The notes under the pieces are model-generated. The model was not told where the DNA came from and ran no database searches. It saw only the letters and a program-made list of their open reading frames with translations. From positions 64,001 through 128,000 of IMG/VR virus record IMGVR_UViG_3300028591_000075: a DNA stretch of 64,000 nucleotides, one strand, 5' to 3'. Below are positions 28,838 to 39,251 of this stretch, one piece after another (positions within the stretch are counted from its first letter, which is position 1; the number at the start of each line of letters is the position of its first letter). Both the position numbers and the translations under genes were made by a program. The stretch comes from a virus (taxonomy: Duplodnaviria; Caudoviricetes).

Positions 28838-29932
28838 ATGGCCGGATTAGATATGATTTCGGGTGCCGGGCTCGACAAAGAAACAGCGACCGCGGCAAGT
28901 GCTATTGACAACAGGTACTGGACCAAGAAGTACCAGGGTACCCAGATTGACGGTACCGACATCAGCAAGCTGATTGTTCTGCCGAACAAGTTGAAGACGA
29001 TGATCAAGACCGCTATTTCCAATACCGGTCTCGGCAACTATATTTTCTATTCCGGCCCTGGCACCGGGAAGACCTCCCTCGCCATGGCAATTCCGGGCAT
29101 CCTTGGTGCCAAGTGCATCGAAGTTCCGCCGAAGCGTTCCAGTGAAATCCTGGAACTCATTGACCGTTACTCCGTCTTGAAGAGCAACGGCAAGCCGTAT
29201 TTCTTCGTCCTTGACGAATGCGACCACCCGAACAACCCGGAAGATTTCTGGCGTACCATTCAGCACGAGATTGAAGCCACCTCGTCCAACCTCAGGTTCA
29301 TCCTCACCTGTAACGACCTGTGGCGTATCCCGAAGCCGGTGCAGTCCAGGTGTACCCCGGTTAAGTTCAATCACCCGGTGGACGATAAGGATTTCAAGAA
29401 CCAGATTTACACGAAGCTGCGCTACATTGCCGATACGGAAACTGCCCCGCACGGTGGCAAGGTGGACAAGCATACCATCGTTGAAATCATCAACGCATGT
29501 TATCCCGATATCCGCAACATGATTAACGTCATGAAGAACACCTTCGACGAGAACGAGGGGAACATCATCGGGCACCCGCATGTGATTACTGACCAGACGG
29601 TCGAGGCCATTGCGAAGTACCTGATTATGCGCGATCTGCGCGGTCTCCGTTACTACATATCGTTGAACGTGGATGACCCAGTGAACGTGTACATTCCGTT
29701 GACCCGCTACCTCCTGGACAGACTTCCTCCACAGATGGATCTCGCCATGGCAAAGGTGACACGCGACGGCATCGTAAACTCGCAGGGCCAGGTTGACCAG
29801 GAATCCATGCTGATGGGTTTCTTTGCCGACCTTATCGAAATCTTTAACGCTTTCCAGATACCGGTTGCCCCGCTTCCGGAACAACCGGTATATGCAATCA
29901 ACAATACCGTGGGGAGCGTGCCCAATGGCTGA
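28838..29932 (+). CDS. gp44: Clamp loader large subunit (AAA+)
   Basis: GPGTGKTS, VLDECD, RFILTCN, QSRC, YPDIR. Confidence 0.92.
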   Translation: MAGLDMISGAGLDKETATAASAIDNRYWTKKYQGTQIDGTDISKLIVLPNKLKTMIKTAISNTGLGNYIFYSGPGTGKTSLAMAIPGILGAKCIEVPPKRSSEILELIDRYSVLKSNGKPYFFVLDECDHPNNPEDFWRTIQHEIEATSSNLRFILTCNDLWRIPKPVQSRCTPVKFNHPVDDKDFKNQIYTKLRYIADTETAPHGGKVDKHTIVEIINACYPDIRNMINVMKNTFDENEGNIIGHPHVITDQTVEAIAKYLIMRDLRGLRYYISLNVDDPVNVYIPLTRYLLDRLPPQMDLAMAKVTRDGIVNSQGQVDQESMLMGFFADLIEIFNAFQIPVAPLPEQPVYAINNTVGSVPNG

Positions 29933-31079
29933 GAAGCGCGTAGTATATCCGATTTACATGCTTGATGCGCCGGTGTACTGCAAGAAGTTCTGGTCGATGG
30001 TGGAACAGCTCATCACCTCGTTGACTTCCTATTTCACTGCGGGAAATACTGTGCCCGTTCTTGTCGGTACGGATTCTCGGGAGGTCAAGGAGATTGTCGA
30101 GCGCGTGTCCAGGTATTACGGATATCCGGTAGATGTCGCCCGTGAGCAGCCGTCCGTCATCGAGGAAACTGCCGGAAAGTATTCCGAGCCCATTTGTCGC
30201 AACCGTATCAGCGAGTGCCGTCTCGATGTGGTGACCAGCAAGATTTATACTATGCTGAAAGTCGGTGCGGAATATGACAGGCTGGTGGTGGACATCGACA
30301 CCCTGTGGTTCAAGCCCATTCCTTGGGAACAGTTTGAGAACAGCGGAATGGCGATGTTCTGCCCTGACCAGTGGAAGCACCTGATGTCAGTCACAATCGG
30401 ACAGATGGTGCATTTCCGCAGCAAGTACATGGAGAAAGTCAGCATCCAGGAATACTATACCAAACTGAGCGATTTGGATCCTGCGTGGCGGACGCTTCCC
30501 TTGATTGCCACGTTGCCGTGGCCGAACAGCGGCATTCTCTTCATGACTTCCGAGTTTACGAAGGAAAAGTATATTCCCGAGCTTGACAACCCGGCCCTCC
30601 AAATGTTGTCGGTCGAGGATGAAACTCCTCTCGTCAGTCTGCTGCTCAAAGGTGGCAAATACTTTACCGATATCCAGATGAATGTCCCGGTCGCGTTCAC
30701 CGACATTACCATGGAGAAAGATATTCTCCATCCCGAGGGCATTATCTGTGCACACTATCACCGCACTCCGAAACCGGACACGTTTGACCTTACCTATTCC
30801 GGCGTGGTGAAACATCCGGCCTTGCATGAACCATATGAGCTGGTGTTCATAAGGGATAGCATCGCTTGTGGCCAGTATGGCAGCATGTCAGGTATCCTCT
30901 GGTGCTACGTGTGGCGCTACTACTTTTCCTATGCGGCAGCGCAGTACCGTAATGGTGAGGAAACCCCCGTCTACAAGCAGGATTTCTGGGCCGGGATAAT
31001 CAAGACCTATTATGAAAACCGACAGGTTTGGCTGGATAGCCGGGAAACTGAAAAGATACTTACGAGGATGCCGAAATGA
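29925..31079 (+). CDS. GT8-like glycosyltransferase
   Basis: VDIDTL (DxD), PNSGILFM, EDET, AHYHRTPKP; start MAEKR overlaps the gp44 stop. Confidence 0.7.
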   Translation: MAEKRVVYPIYMLDAPVYCKKFWSMVEQLITSLTSYFTAGNTVPVLVGTDSREVKEIVERVSRYYGYPVDVAREQPSVIEETAGKYSEPICRNRISECRLDVVTSKIYTMLKVGAEYDRLVVDIDTLWFKPIPWEQFENSGMAMFCPDQWKHLMSVTIGQMVHFRSKYMEKVSIQEYYTKLSDLDPAWRTLPLIATLPWPNSGILFMTSEFTKEKYIPELDNPALQMLSVEDETPLVSLLLKGGKYFTDIQMNVPVAFTDITMEKDILHPEGIICAHYHRTPKPDTFDLTYSGVVKHPALHEPYELVFIRDSIACGQYGSMSGILWCYVWRYYFSYAAAQYRNGEETPVYKQDFWAGIIKTYYENRQVWLDSRETEKILTRMPK

Positions 31080-31546
31080 GTACCTACGATCCATTCCGCT
31101 TCATGGAAGAACGTCAGGAAGGCAAGCAGGTAACCGAGGCCGACTGCAACGAGTTCCAGATGTTCAATACCTGCCGTTACCTGTCGATGGCGCCGAACAT
31201 GCGCAAGTATGTGCATATATTGAACGACCTGCAGTTCCAGAAGCTCCCGAAGGACTTGCAGGCGAGGTCGTTCAATGCGTTCAACGGAATGAACCTGAAC
31301 CTCCGGTGGACGAGGGCGAAGACTGGCGCGGTACGCGAAAAGGAAGAATTCATTGACCACGTAATGAAGATTACCGGGATGTCGCGAAACTGTGTCAAGG
31401 CAGCAATCCGCTATGGCTATGTGGACAAGGATGAAATCGAGGAGGCCTACATGCGCAAGTATGAACCCGAGAAGATGATTGCCCGCATGCAGGGCGAGGA
31501 ACGTCAAATCAAGCGAAACATCAAGAAGGCGGCGAACCTAAAATGA
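31076..31546 (+). CDS. gp62: Clamp loader small subunit, gp62-like
   Basis: FxxxRYLS..N..LP..Q..RW..GMS pattern, size and position. Confidence 0.7.
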   Translation: MSTYDPFRFMEERQEGKQVTEADCNEFQMFNTCRYLSMAPNMRKYVHILNDLQFQKLPKDLQARSFNAFNGMNLNLRWTRAKTGAVREKEEFIDHVMKITGMSRNCVKAAIRYGYVDKDEIEEAYMRKYEPEKMIARMQGEERQIKRNIKKAANLK

Positions 31547-31752
31547 ACGCGAACCTGAAAGAAATAATGGAACTCTTCGGGGTGGATGAAGCCACCGCCG
31601 AGAAGATGGCCAAGGCCGGTTTCAAGACCGGTGGCGAGGCCAATGAAATTGCGGCCAACATGTTCTACGACGATGCTGGCCTCAATGAGATGTTTGGTAA
31701 GGTGAAGAAGGACTTCGACGGGTTAAAGTCGGAGGAGAGCTTCAAGGACTGA
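31543..31752 (+). CDS. Small hypothetical protein
   Basis: 69 aa, translationally coupled to the upstream gene. Confidence 0.65.
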   Translation: MNANLKEIMELFGVDEATAEKMAKAGFKTGGEANEIAANMFYDDAGLNEMFGKVKKDFDGLKSEESFKD

Positions 31753-32538
31753 CTTTGTCACCTTGTTAGGCACGGTTTCCTGTGGTCGTGCCTCTGGCGT
31801 CGGATGGTGCTTTGCTTCCTCCGGCGCCTTTTCGTTTTCTTCCGGTTTTGGTTCGACCGCGGGGGCCGGTTCGGCGACCGGCTTGGAATTTTGGGCCGGC
31901 TGTTCGCCTTCCGGGTTTACCGGTTCAACTACCGGCTTGACCACTTCCGAGACATCGATTTCCTCGGTCGGGGCATTGGCAAACTCATCGAGCATGAGAA
32001 GCAGGCGGTCATCCGTAGGGATACCGGCTTCCGGCTTACCGATGGCATAGTCGGCAAGCAGATCCATCGGGGTGCAGCCGTCCACGTCCTTCATCATCCA
32101 GACTGAACCGGCCTTGGCACCCTCGTTCTCGAACGGGGACTGCAACGACACGAAACCCATATCCTTGTCCAGCAGCTTCTTGATGAAATCGTAGTTTACC
32201 TCGTCGGTATATTCGCCGAGGGCTGCCTTTACCAGGCGGTGCAGTACGGTGTCGCCGGAAGAATCGCGGGTCGTGAGATAGAGGGGGTTGAGTTGGAGGA
32301 TGGTGTCGAGCATGTTGTCGGCCCACATGTGCAACTGGGTCGTCCATTCGCTCGGGCTGGTCTTGATACGGTAGGCGGCATACTGCATCGGGAACATCAT
32401 CAGCGCACGCTTCTGTTCGGGCGTGGCGGTCTTGACTTTTTCATTGAACAGCTTCTGGACACCCTCAATCAGGGCCTCCTGGCCCGGATTCTTGTCCTTC
32501 AGACGGTTCAGTTCGATATTTATGCCCCTTTTATCCAT
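31723..32538 (-). CDS. Ankyrin-repeat-like protein
   Basis: RDSSGDTVLHRL and KDVDGCTPMDLL; start MDKRG with GAGG SD and TATAAACT at 32571-32564. Confidence 0.7.
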   Translation of the reverse strand: MDKRGINIELNRLKDKNPGQEALIEGVQKLFNEKVKTATPEQKRALMMFPMQYAAYRIKTSPSEWTTQLHMWADNMLDTILQLNPLYLTTRDSSGDTVLHRLVKAALGEYTDEVNYDFIKKLLDKDMGFVSLQSPFENEGAKAGSVWMMKDVDGCTPMDLLADYAIGKPEAGIPTDDRLLLMLDEFANAPTEEIDVSEVVKPVVEPVNPEGEQPAQNSKPVAEPAPAVEPKPEENEKAPEEAKHHPTPEARPQETVPNKVTKSVLEALLRL

Positions 32539-32660
32539 GTCAAAACCTCGTTTCTCGCCCGGAAGTTTATAACATTTACGCATTTTGGAAGATTTTTGGT
32601 CAAAAAAATTTGGCCACGGCATAAACTTCACGCAGAAAAATAACAACCGTGAGGTTTTCC

Positions 32661-35600
32661 ATGGCTACAAAAATGGGGGCACCTGGAGTTCGCATAGAAC
32701 TCAAAGACAGTTCTCAGTACACCGTGATCGAGAATCCTAACGCGATTGGCGCTATTGTCGGCTTCGCCCCCAAGGGTGAGCTGAACAAGGTCACCAAGCT
32801 GACCAATACCGCCACGATGGACAGGACTTTCGGTATCGGTTTCAACAACTGGAAGTACAACCAGGGCCTGTATGCTGCCCGCGCCGTGCTCGATGCCGGC
32901 GGACATGTCCAGTATGTCCGTCCTTATGGCGAAGAAATCGACATGAGCGACTCCCGCAAGCGCGACTTGAAGACCGACTGCTTTGTCGTGACCTTCGACC
33001 GCAAGGCTGCTCAGCAGGAAAAGGGTAAGCAGAATTCGATCAACATCGAATACTTTGCCGCTACCCGGTACAAGTCCGATGGCGCTGCCGGTTACGGCGT
33101 GACCCGTAAGATTAACAATGTGGCCGAGACGGTTGCATCTGGTTCCAATGTGGACTTCAAGGTGTTTGCCGACGAAAGCTTCAAGGACAGCAACAAGTCC
33201 CGTGGTGACGGTGATGCGGTCCTCTTCGCTATCATGGGTGCTGACCCGAGCTCCGCTCGCCGCGCAGTTACTACCTATGACATCGTGGGACAGCCCGATG
33301 ACTTGAAGGACCGTGACCCGGATACGTTCCGTGTTACCCTGGCAGTCAATCCTGGGTTCATTGTTGGCGACGTTGTTTACGGCCCTGCTGACAACAACAC
33401 CAAGACGTTCTGCAAGTTCGTTGTTCAGGGTATTGACGGCAAGGATGTCGATATTACCGCTGCCGATGCGGCTACGCATGAAGCCTGCATGATGGGTTAC
33501 AAGCCCACCACGGTCCTCATGTTCTCCGCAGATGACGCGATTGTCGAAGACGACGCCGACTACCTGACCGTGAAGACGGCTGTGACCGGTCGCGGTGCCA
33601 AGCTCTTCTCCTCTCTCAGGATGGACAGCGACGGCATCAAGGCCCTTACGGAAGTGCCGAACGGCTGGATGTTCGTGGTGAGGGACCAGAGCAACAACTC
33701 TGTGGCAATTCGTATTGCCAACGAGAATTACTCGGTCATCCCTGCGGCTGAAAACCCGTTTGCCAGCGTAACCGATCCGACCCTCCCGATTGAAATCTCC
33801 AAGGAACTCAAAGACAAGTATTTCGTTGGTGTTTGCAACAATGACATCGTAAGCCTCGAATGGGAATATGGTAGCTCCTCTGGATCCGCCCCGGCCATCC
33901 ATACCGGCACATTCCTGTTTGCCGATGTGGTTGACGATGCCGGCGAAGTGACTGGCGCCCGTCTCTATGTGGACGATTCCGCCTGGTTTGCTGATGATGC
34001 GTCCGATCCTACCAAGTTCGGTAACCTTACCGTTCGCAACCTTCCGACCGGCTGGACCAGTGATTACGATTACGTGACGCTGACCGTGCCGACCCGTGGC
34101 GACGAGGAAAGTGACCTCGACTACGCGAGCAGGGTGCGCGATGCAATCCTTGCCGCGTTCCGCAGCAGCCGTCTTGGGTACACCAGCAACGTGATTACCA
34201 ACGACATCGACATGAAGGCCGATGAGTTCAAGGCCGGTGAAACCAAGAAGATCCGCATGACCCAGGGAAGCGCTTTCGACTACAATGTCGGCGACCTCGT
34301 GGCCATCGTTCGCGGTACCCATGCCGATAGCGTTGAAGGTACGGAAGACCCCGAAAAGTTCTCCGGCGCCAACATCCTGAAACTGAGCACGGTTACGGCA
34401 ATCAACGGCTTCACCAACGAAGTGACCATCAAGGATGCGGTTGATGCCGTGTTCATCGATACTGTCATCGCGGACGGTGAATTCAAGTCTGACTATCGCC
34501 AGTTGCAGATGCTGAACCTCTCGAGCACGAACAAGACCGCCTATGCGGCCATGCCCACTCACAGTGTGGAAGTCTACCAGGAATATGTGGTTTCCGTTAG
34601 CGGAACGCCGCGTACCATGGAATTCCTCTCCTCCACCAAGTACGAGAAGGGTGCCAAGGTCAAGGTGGAAATGTCCTATGTCGATGACAAGGGTGTTACC
34701 CAGACCGATTGGCTCATCACGACCATCGATACCCGCGAGGAGGTCGATAACGAATACAAGTATTCGCTCAGCACTACCGCCCCGGTTGACTACGAAGGTG
34801 GTCCAGCTAGGGTATTCAGCGGTGAAGTGAAGACCAACGCGATGGTGGATGTCTATCTCATTGGCAACTATGACGTTACCGTGAACAGCAGCATCCAGAA
34901 GCTCACTCCTCCAGTGGACGAAGAAACGCTTCCTGATGGCGTATTCACCTACCAGCTCGCCAAGAAGGACACTGCGGTTATCATGCAGACCGAAAAGGTG
35001 CTGCGCGATGCCGACATCGGTGCCAACTTCGTGGGTCTCGGTTTGGCCACTGTGCGCTACGAGGACATCAACTTCACTGGTGTCACGGAAAAGGTCTACG
35101 ACCTGACCGATGCCGGCGAATCCGTCGCCCGTCTCTACATGTCCTGCACCTACCGCTTCAACGGCCAGGTCTACAACTTCGACGGTACGGTGGTCGAATA
35201 TGTCCACAATGACACCCAGTTGTTCATTGGTGACACTGCCGACTCCGAGTTCGAAGGTTCGGGCCTCAAATTCATCCTCAACGAATCCGGTATCCTGGAA
35301 TCCTTCCTCGAAGACGAATCTTGGGACCTCTCGGAAACGGTTGTGGACGGTATCCCGACTTCCAGCGTGACTGCGGTCTCGTTCAACCGCGATGACCCGG
35401 CTGTCATCTGGAATGCAATCTGGTCCTATGAACCCAAGAACAACTCCAGCACGACAACGCTCGCCACTGCCTACTCCCTGTTCCTCGACAAGGACAAGGC
35501 TGACCAGACGTTCTTCGTCGCTGCCGGTAACGACATCAACAACTTCGGATGGGCAGGCCGCGAAAGCCTGAACACCACGGTCATCCAGGCCATCTTGAAC

Positions 35601-36383
35601 ATCTGCGAACTCCGTAAGGACTGCTTCGCCCTGTTCGACGGCGTGGCTGAACAGAACATTGACAACGCCTTGAAGAAGGATGTGGTCAGGTTCCCGTCCA
35701 CCCTCGGTCGTTGGGGTGCCATCTATGATGCTCGTCCGCTCTTCTACGATTCGATGATTACCCGTCGTAACGTGGAAATCGCCCCGTCCATCACCATGGC
35801 CTCTCTCATCACGGCCAACCGTTCGGGTGCAATCTTCTGGTATGTGCCTGCCGGTAAGGACACCGGTATCGTGCCTAGCGCATGGTGCACCAGGGTCAAG
35901 TTCGAACGTAAGTTCAACTACCCGGAAGACCCGGATTCCGATATCGCTCGTCTCTGCGATGCGCACGTCAACCCGTTCCGCACCAACGATGACGGTATCT
36001 TCTGCTGGGGCGACTTCACCATGCAGATGGAAGACTCGGCCTTCAACCAGATCCATGTGGCCATGCTCATCGCGGGCATCCACAAGATCTTCTACAAGTA
36101 CCTGGACGGCAAGGTGTTCCGCCTTAACACGGCTGCACTCCGGTCCCAGATTTCCAGTGACTTGCAGGCCAAGTTGAACATGATGCGCGACAGCAACCCG
36201 TCGGCGTTCTACGATGCCATCGCAATCTGCGACGACACCAACAACCCGCCGGAAGTCATCGACCAGAACAAGCTCTATGTTGACTTGAAACTCAAGCCGA
36301 CCAAGAGCACCCGTTACATCTACCTCAGGACAGAGGTCCTTGCGACCAGTTCTGGCAACAGCATCACTATCAGCAACGTATAA
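32661..36383 (+). CDS. gp18: Contractile tail sheath protein (large, ~1240 aa)
   Basis: APGVRIEL N-terminus, GAIVGFAPKG, RKDCFALFD, WYVPAG, CDDTNNPPEVID..LKP. Confidence 0.93.
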   Translation: MATKMGAPGVRIELKDSSQYTVIENPNAIGAIVGFAPKGELNKVTKLTNTATMDRTFGIGFNNWKYNQGLYAARAVLDAGGHVQYVRPYGEEIDMSDSRKRDLKTDCFVVTFDRKAAQQEKGKQNSINIEYFAATRYKSDGAAGYGVTRKINNVAETVASGSNVDFKVFADESFKDSNKSRGDGDAVLFAIMGADPSSARRAVTTYDIVGQPDDLKDRDPDTFRVTLAVNPGFIVGDVVYGPADNNTKTFCKFVVQGIDGKDVDITAADAATHEACMMGYKPTTVLMFSADDAIVEDDADYLTVKTAVTGRGAKLFSSLRMDSDGIKALTEVPNGWMFVVRDQSNNSVAIRIANENYSVIPAAENPFASVTDPTLPIEISKELKDKYFVGVCNNDIVSLEWEYGSSSGSAPAIHTGTFLFADVVDDAGEVTGARLYVDDSAWFADDASDPTKFGNLTVRNLPTGWTSDYDYVTLTVPTRGDEESDLDYASRVRDAILAAFRSSRLGYTSNVITNDIDMKADEFKAGETKKIRMTQGSAFDYNVGDLVAIVRGTHADSVEGTEDPEKFSGANILKLSTVTAINGFTNEVTIKDAVDAVFIDTVIADGEFKSDYRQLQMLNLSSTNKTAYAAMPTHSVEVYQEYVVSVSGTPRTMEFLSSTKYEKGAKVKVEMSYVDDKGVTQTDWLITTIDTREEVDNEYKYSLSTTAPVDYEGGPARVFSGEVKTNAMVDVYLIGNYDVTVNSSIQKLTPPVDEETLPDGVFTYQLAKKDTAVIMQTEKVLRDADIGANFVGLGLATVRYEDINFTGVTEKVYDLTDAGESVARLYMSCTYRFNGQVYNFDGTVVEYVHNDTQLFIGDTADSEFEGSGLKFILNESGILESFLEDESWDLSETVVDGIPTSSVTAVSFNRDDPAVIWNAIWSYEPKNNSSTTTLATAYSLFLDKDKADQTFFVAAGNDINNFGWAGRESLNTTVIQAILNICELRKDCFALFDGVAEQNIDNALKKDVVRFPSTLGRWGAIYDARPLFYDSMITRRNVEIAPSITMASLITANRSGAIFWYVPAGKDTGIVPSAWCTRVKFERKFNYPEDPDSDIARLCDAHVNPFRTNDDGIFCWGDFTMQMEDSAFNQIHVAMLIAGIHKIFYKYLDGKVFRLNTAALRSQISSDLQAKLNMMRDSNPSAFYDAIAICDDTNNPPEVIDQNKLYVDLKLKPTKSTRYIYLRTEVLATSSGNSITISNV

Positions 36384-36395
36384 GGGAGGTGAACT

Positions 36396-37115
36396 ATGAT
36401 AGGAAAAACTGCTCCTGATATCGACAAGGTCTTTTGGGCCGGCAACATAGACCAACTCCCCGATCCGGTTCGTACCACCCGTTGGCGCTTCATCGTTGAC
36501 CAGGATATCTTCCAGGCAACTGGCATCGACCCTACCAATGGCGACAGCTTTGGTAAGGACTTCGAAAGCCAGAAGAACTTCACGATTCACATCGTGGAAG
36601 GCCCGAAGATTCCTGACCTCCAGACGAAGGACGACAAGATTATGTACATGGGATTTGAGAAATACTATCCCGTGCAGCAGCAACAGCTTGCTGGTACAGT
36701 CGATCTTACCGGTCTTCTGCTGGAAGACGCCAGGGCCTACGAAACGGTGCTTGCCTGGAACCAGTGCTGCCTTAACACGGGTATCCTGAATTCCGACGGC
36801 AAGGGCGATACGAATGCCGGTAGCAACCGTATTGCTGATGGTAAGAATGCTATCGAGCTCGGTCTCGGTCAGCAGGAGAACTACAGCAACCCGACGGCAA
36901 TCCTGCTTCGTAACCAAAACGTTACACTCGAACTCTACGACTGGATGTACGGTGAAGTCATCATGGCCATCCGCTACATCAACGCATGGCCGCAGAAGGT
37001 GTCCGTCCCGGATTCCTTCAACTACACCGATGCGAAACTCGCGAAGTTCAAGTTCACGCTGCGTTACGACCGCTGGAACATCTGGTTCCCAGGTGGCTAC
37101 CACAGCAAGGTCTAA
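36396..37115 (+). CDS. gp19: Tail tube protein
   Basis: Follows sheath; DPVRTTRW...NAWP..V...FTLRYD pattern. Confidence 0.8.
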   Translation: MIGKTAPDIDKVFWAGNIDQLPDPVRTTRWRFIVDQDIFQATGIDPTNGDSFGKDFESQKNFTIHIVEGPKIPDLQTKDDKIMYMGFEKYYPVQQQQLAGTVDLTGLLLEDARAYETVLAWNQCCLNTGILNSDGKGDTNAGSNRIADGKNAIELGLGQQENYSNPTAILLRNQNVTLELYDWMYGEVIMAIRYINAWPQKVSVPDSFNYTDAKLAKFKFTLRYDRWNIWFPGGYHSKV

Positions 37116-37131
37116 CGGCCTGATTACTCCT

Positions 37132-37158
37132 AAAAGGGGCCTCTTCGGAGGCCCTTTT
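37132..37158 (+). terminator. Intrinsic terminator
   Basis: aaaaggggcctc-TTCG-gaggccctttt. Confidence 0.85.
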
Positions 37159-37194
37159 CTTGCATTTTTACCAAAAATAAGCTATTTTTATAGT

Positions 37195-37710
37195 ATGATT
37201 TTTACGGACGAAGAAGTAATTGCCGAACTTATTGGCTCCGAGGACCTTAGCCTCAACGAGCAGTTGAAGAATTTGCGCAACTGGCTGCGGAATACCATGA
37301 ATACCATGAAGCCCAAGCCGGATGGTACATGGGAAGTCGATCCGCAGACGGTATATTACAACGCGGCATACTGCATGGCCGAAGCCGGCACCAAGATAGG
37401 CATGATTGCCATGCGTAACCGTATGCGTCTGAATGACATGAAGAAGGAATATGCCATTCACAAGAAGGAAGCCCTTGACAAGTTGCACCATGACCGTTCC
37501 CGCGGTTGGTCTCCGAATGACAAGGAAAAGGAAGTCCTGGTGAATGGCGATGTCAACCTTGCCGAGGAAAAGATGATGATTGACAACCAGGAGGACTTTA
37601 TCCAGTTTCTGGCTGAACAGCAGGAGCAAATCCGCTACTACGCCCGCAACGCGGATGTGTTGGTGAAGGTCCATAACTTTGGACAGGAAATCGGAAAGAT
37701 TATAGTCTAG
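37195..37710 (+). CDS. UvsY-like recombination mediator (leaderless)
   Basis: Helical, EKEVLVNGD..L..FL..I pattern resembling UvsY; TTGCAT-17-TATTTT ends 6 nt before the ATG. Confidence 0.55.
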   Translation: MIFTDEEVIAELIGSEDLSLNEQLKNLRNWLRNTMNTMKPKPDGTWEVDPQTVYYNAAYCMAEAGTKIGMIAMRNRMRLNDMKKEYAIHKKEALDKLHHDRSRGWSPNDKEKEVLVNGDVNLAEEKMMIDNQEDFIQFLAEQQEQIRYYARNADVLVKVHNFGQEIGKIIV

Positions 37711-37718
37711 GAGGTATC

Positions 37719-38162
37719 ATGAAAGTTTCGCTGAAATCATACAATGACCTCGGCAAGTGCGCGTATGCCACTCTCATGGATGAGTTCGATTCCGAGAAGG
37801 ACGAAATCCGTCTTGATGGGAAGAAGGTCGAGATTAACACTATTGACGATTTGTTCCAGTTCCTGTGGAACATACCGGGCATTGCTTCCCATGACAATGT
37901 GAAGCATACCTCGGTATCGGATTTCTACTCTACCGGCACCTGGTGGGAACACCGGTACGGCGAGTCGATTGAGAATGGAAAGCAGGAAATCAGCAAGCTG
38001 GAAAAGCGCCTGAAAAGGGCTGCCGACTCGCGAAAGCCGAAGATCCTGCAACAGATTGAGAGTGAACGGGAACATATCGAATCGCTGGAACGCATCATCA
38101 AGCGTCTCAACGAGGAAATGGAAGAACGTAAGGAGATGATTCGCCATGACAACGGATTGTAA
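37719..38162 (+). CDS. Hypothetical protein
   Basis: GGAGG SD, coiled-coil C-terminus. Confidence 0.8.
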   Translation: MKVSLKSYNDLGKCAYATLMDEFDSEKDEIRLDGKKVEINTIDDLFQFLWNIPGIASHDNVKHTSVSDFYSTGTWWEHRYGESIENGKQEISKLEKRLKRAADSRKPKILQQIESEREHIESLERIIKRLNEEMEERKEMIRHDNGL

Positions 38163-38415
38163 CATTGTATTGGAAACACCTGTTCCTCATGCCGATGAAC
38201 GCACGCACGTTCTCGCGGGAGAACCGCTGGTCGGGGACAAGAAGGTCCTCACCGAAGTTATCAACGAGGAATCCGAGCTCGCAAAGAAATGCGGGGGTGG
38301 TGTCAATTTTGAGAAATGGCACCCGGAGCCCGTCGATACCCCAAATTGTGACGGCATCCCCATCACGCCAAGCAAGCGCGTGGATATTCCCGCTGATAAA
38401 GGAATTTTTGGATGA
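38146..38415 (+). CDS. Hypothetical protein
   Basis: AGGAG SD, coupled overlaps on both sides. Confidence 0.65.
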   Translation: MTTDCNIVLETPVPHADERTHVLAGEPLVGDKKVLTEVINEESELAKKCGGGVNFEKWHPEPVDTPNCDGIPITPSKRVDIPADKGIFG

Positions 38416-39218
38416 GCCAGTTTGTAGGTGCAGAACCGCTTGACTCGGGTGATGATTTGTTCGACATGGACGTGAACTTTGCCGCTAAACCGGCAGAGCC
38501 CGAACCGGAACGCGAACAGACCCCGGAGGAGCACAAGGAAGAACTCCGAGAGGAGATGAAGAGCAATGCCTTCGCCGCAATCGAGGACAAGCTGGGTCTT
38601 CCCATCGGCAGCACGAAGGAAGGCATCAAGGCTGCCAAGGAAACGACCAAGGCGGTTACCCAGTCCGTACAGGACTTGAAGGGCCAGTATTCCATCATCG
38701 AGACCAAGGAGAAGTTGAACGAGACACTTCCGGTGCCCCGGTACAATATCGAGACTTTGGCCGATGACCGTAACAGGCTCCGTGAACTCGCGTTCCAGAA
38801 CCTGGAAATCGCCAACCGGTGGCTCACGACCCTCGACGAGCAGATTATGCAGACCTTGCAGCCCACCGACCAGAACTGGGCGGCTGCAGCCAACATGTAC
38901 AAGACCGTTTCCAAGGGTATCACCGACCTGACTCACATGCTCGTCACTCTGCGCCAGGAAGATGAACTCATGAAACTGCAACTTTCGTCCAACAATGCAG
39001 CCGGTACCACCGGTGCCAAGTCGGATGAGCCGGTTGATCCGAATGACCCGCTTGGAAGCACCAAGGGGCGCCCGATGACCCCGCAGGAGGTTATCGCCCT
39101 TGTCCGCGAATGGGGCAAGGAACGGGATGCCGAGACGGAACAGCTCATAAACGATGAGGCCGAGGCAAGACAGCGCGGACTGGTCACCTCACCGCCCGGA
39201 GATGCCAAACCCGAATAA
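38412..39218 (+). CDS. Hypothetical protein, possibly small terminase (T4 gp16-like)
   Basis: Helical hairpin DxxxxRxxxxxxL..P....A..YKTV...L and C-terminal TPQEVI loosely resemble gp16. Confidence 0.4.
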   Translation: MSQFVGAEPLDSGDDLFDMDVNFAAKPAEPEPEREQTPEEHKEELREEMKSNAFAAIEDKLGLPIGSTKEGIKAAKETTKAVTQSVQDLKGQYSIIETKEKLNETLPVPRYNIETLADDRNRLRELAFQNLEIANRWLTTLDEQIMQTLQPTDQNWAAAANMYKTVSKGITDLTHMLVTLRQEDELMKLQLSSNNAAGTTGAKSDEPVDPNDPLGSTKGRPMTPQEVIALVREWGKERDAETEQLINDEAEARQRGLVTSPPGDAKPE

Positions 39219-39251
39219 AATTGCTATATTCCTCGCGAGAGGAATTTTTTT

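Noticed and set aside
32661-36383. Intein or intron in the oversized tail sheath (also checked uvsW)
   Set aside because: No C/S...HN splice motifs or LAGLIDADG pattern seen; extra length fits surface insertion domains.
32628-37103. 1491-aa minus-strand ORF and similar antisense ORFs (25675-27270, 40032-42005, 50414-52078)
   Set aside because: Mirror frames of sheath/tube, gp46 and other real genes, caused by codon bias; no SD or recognisable motifs.
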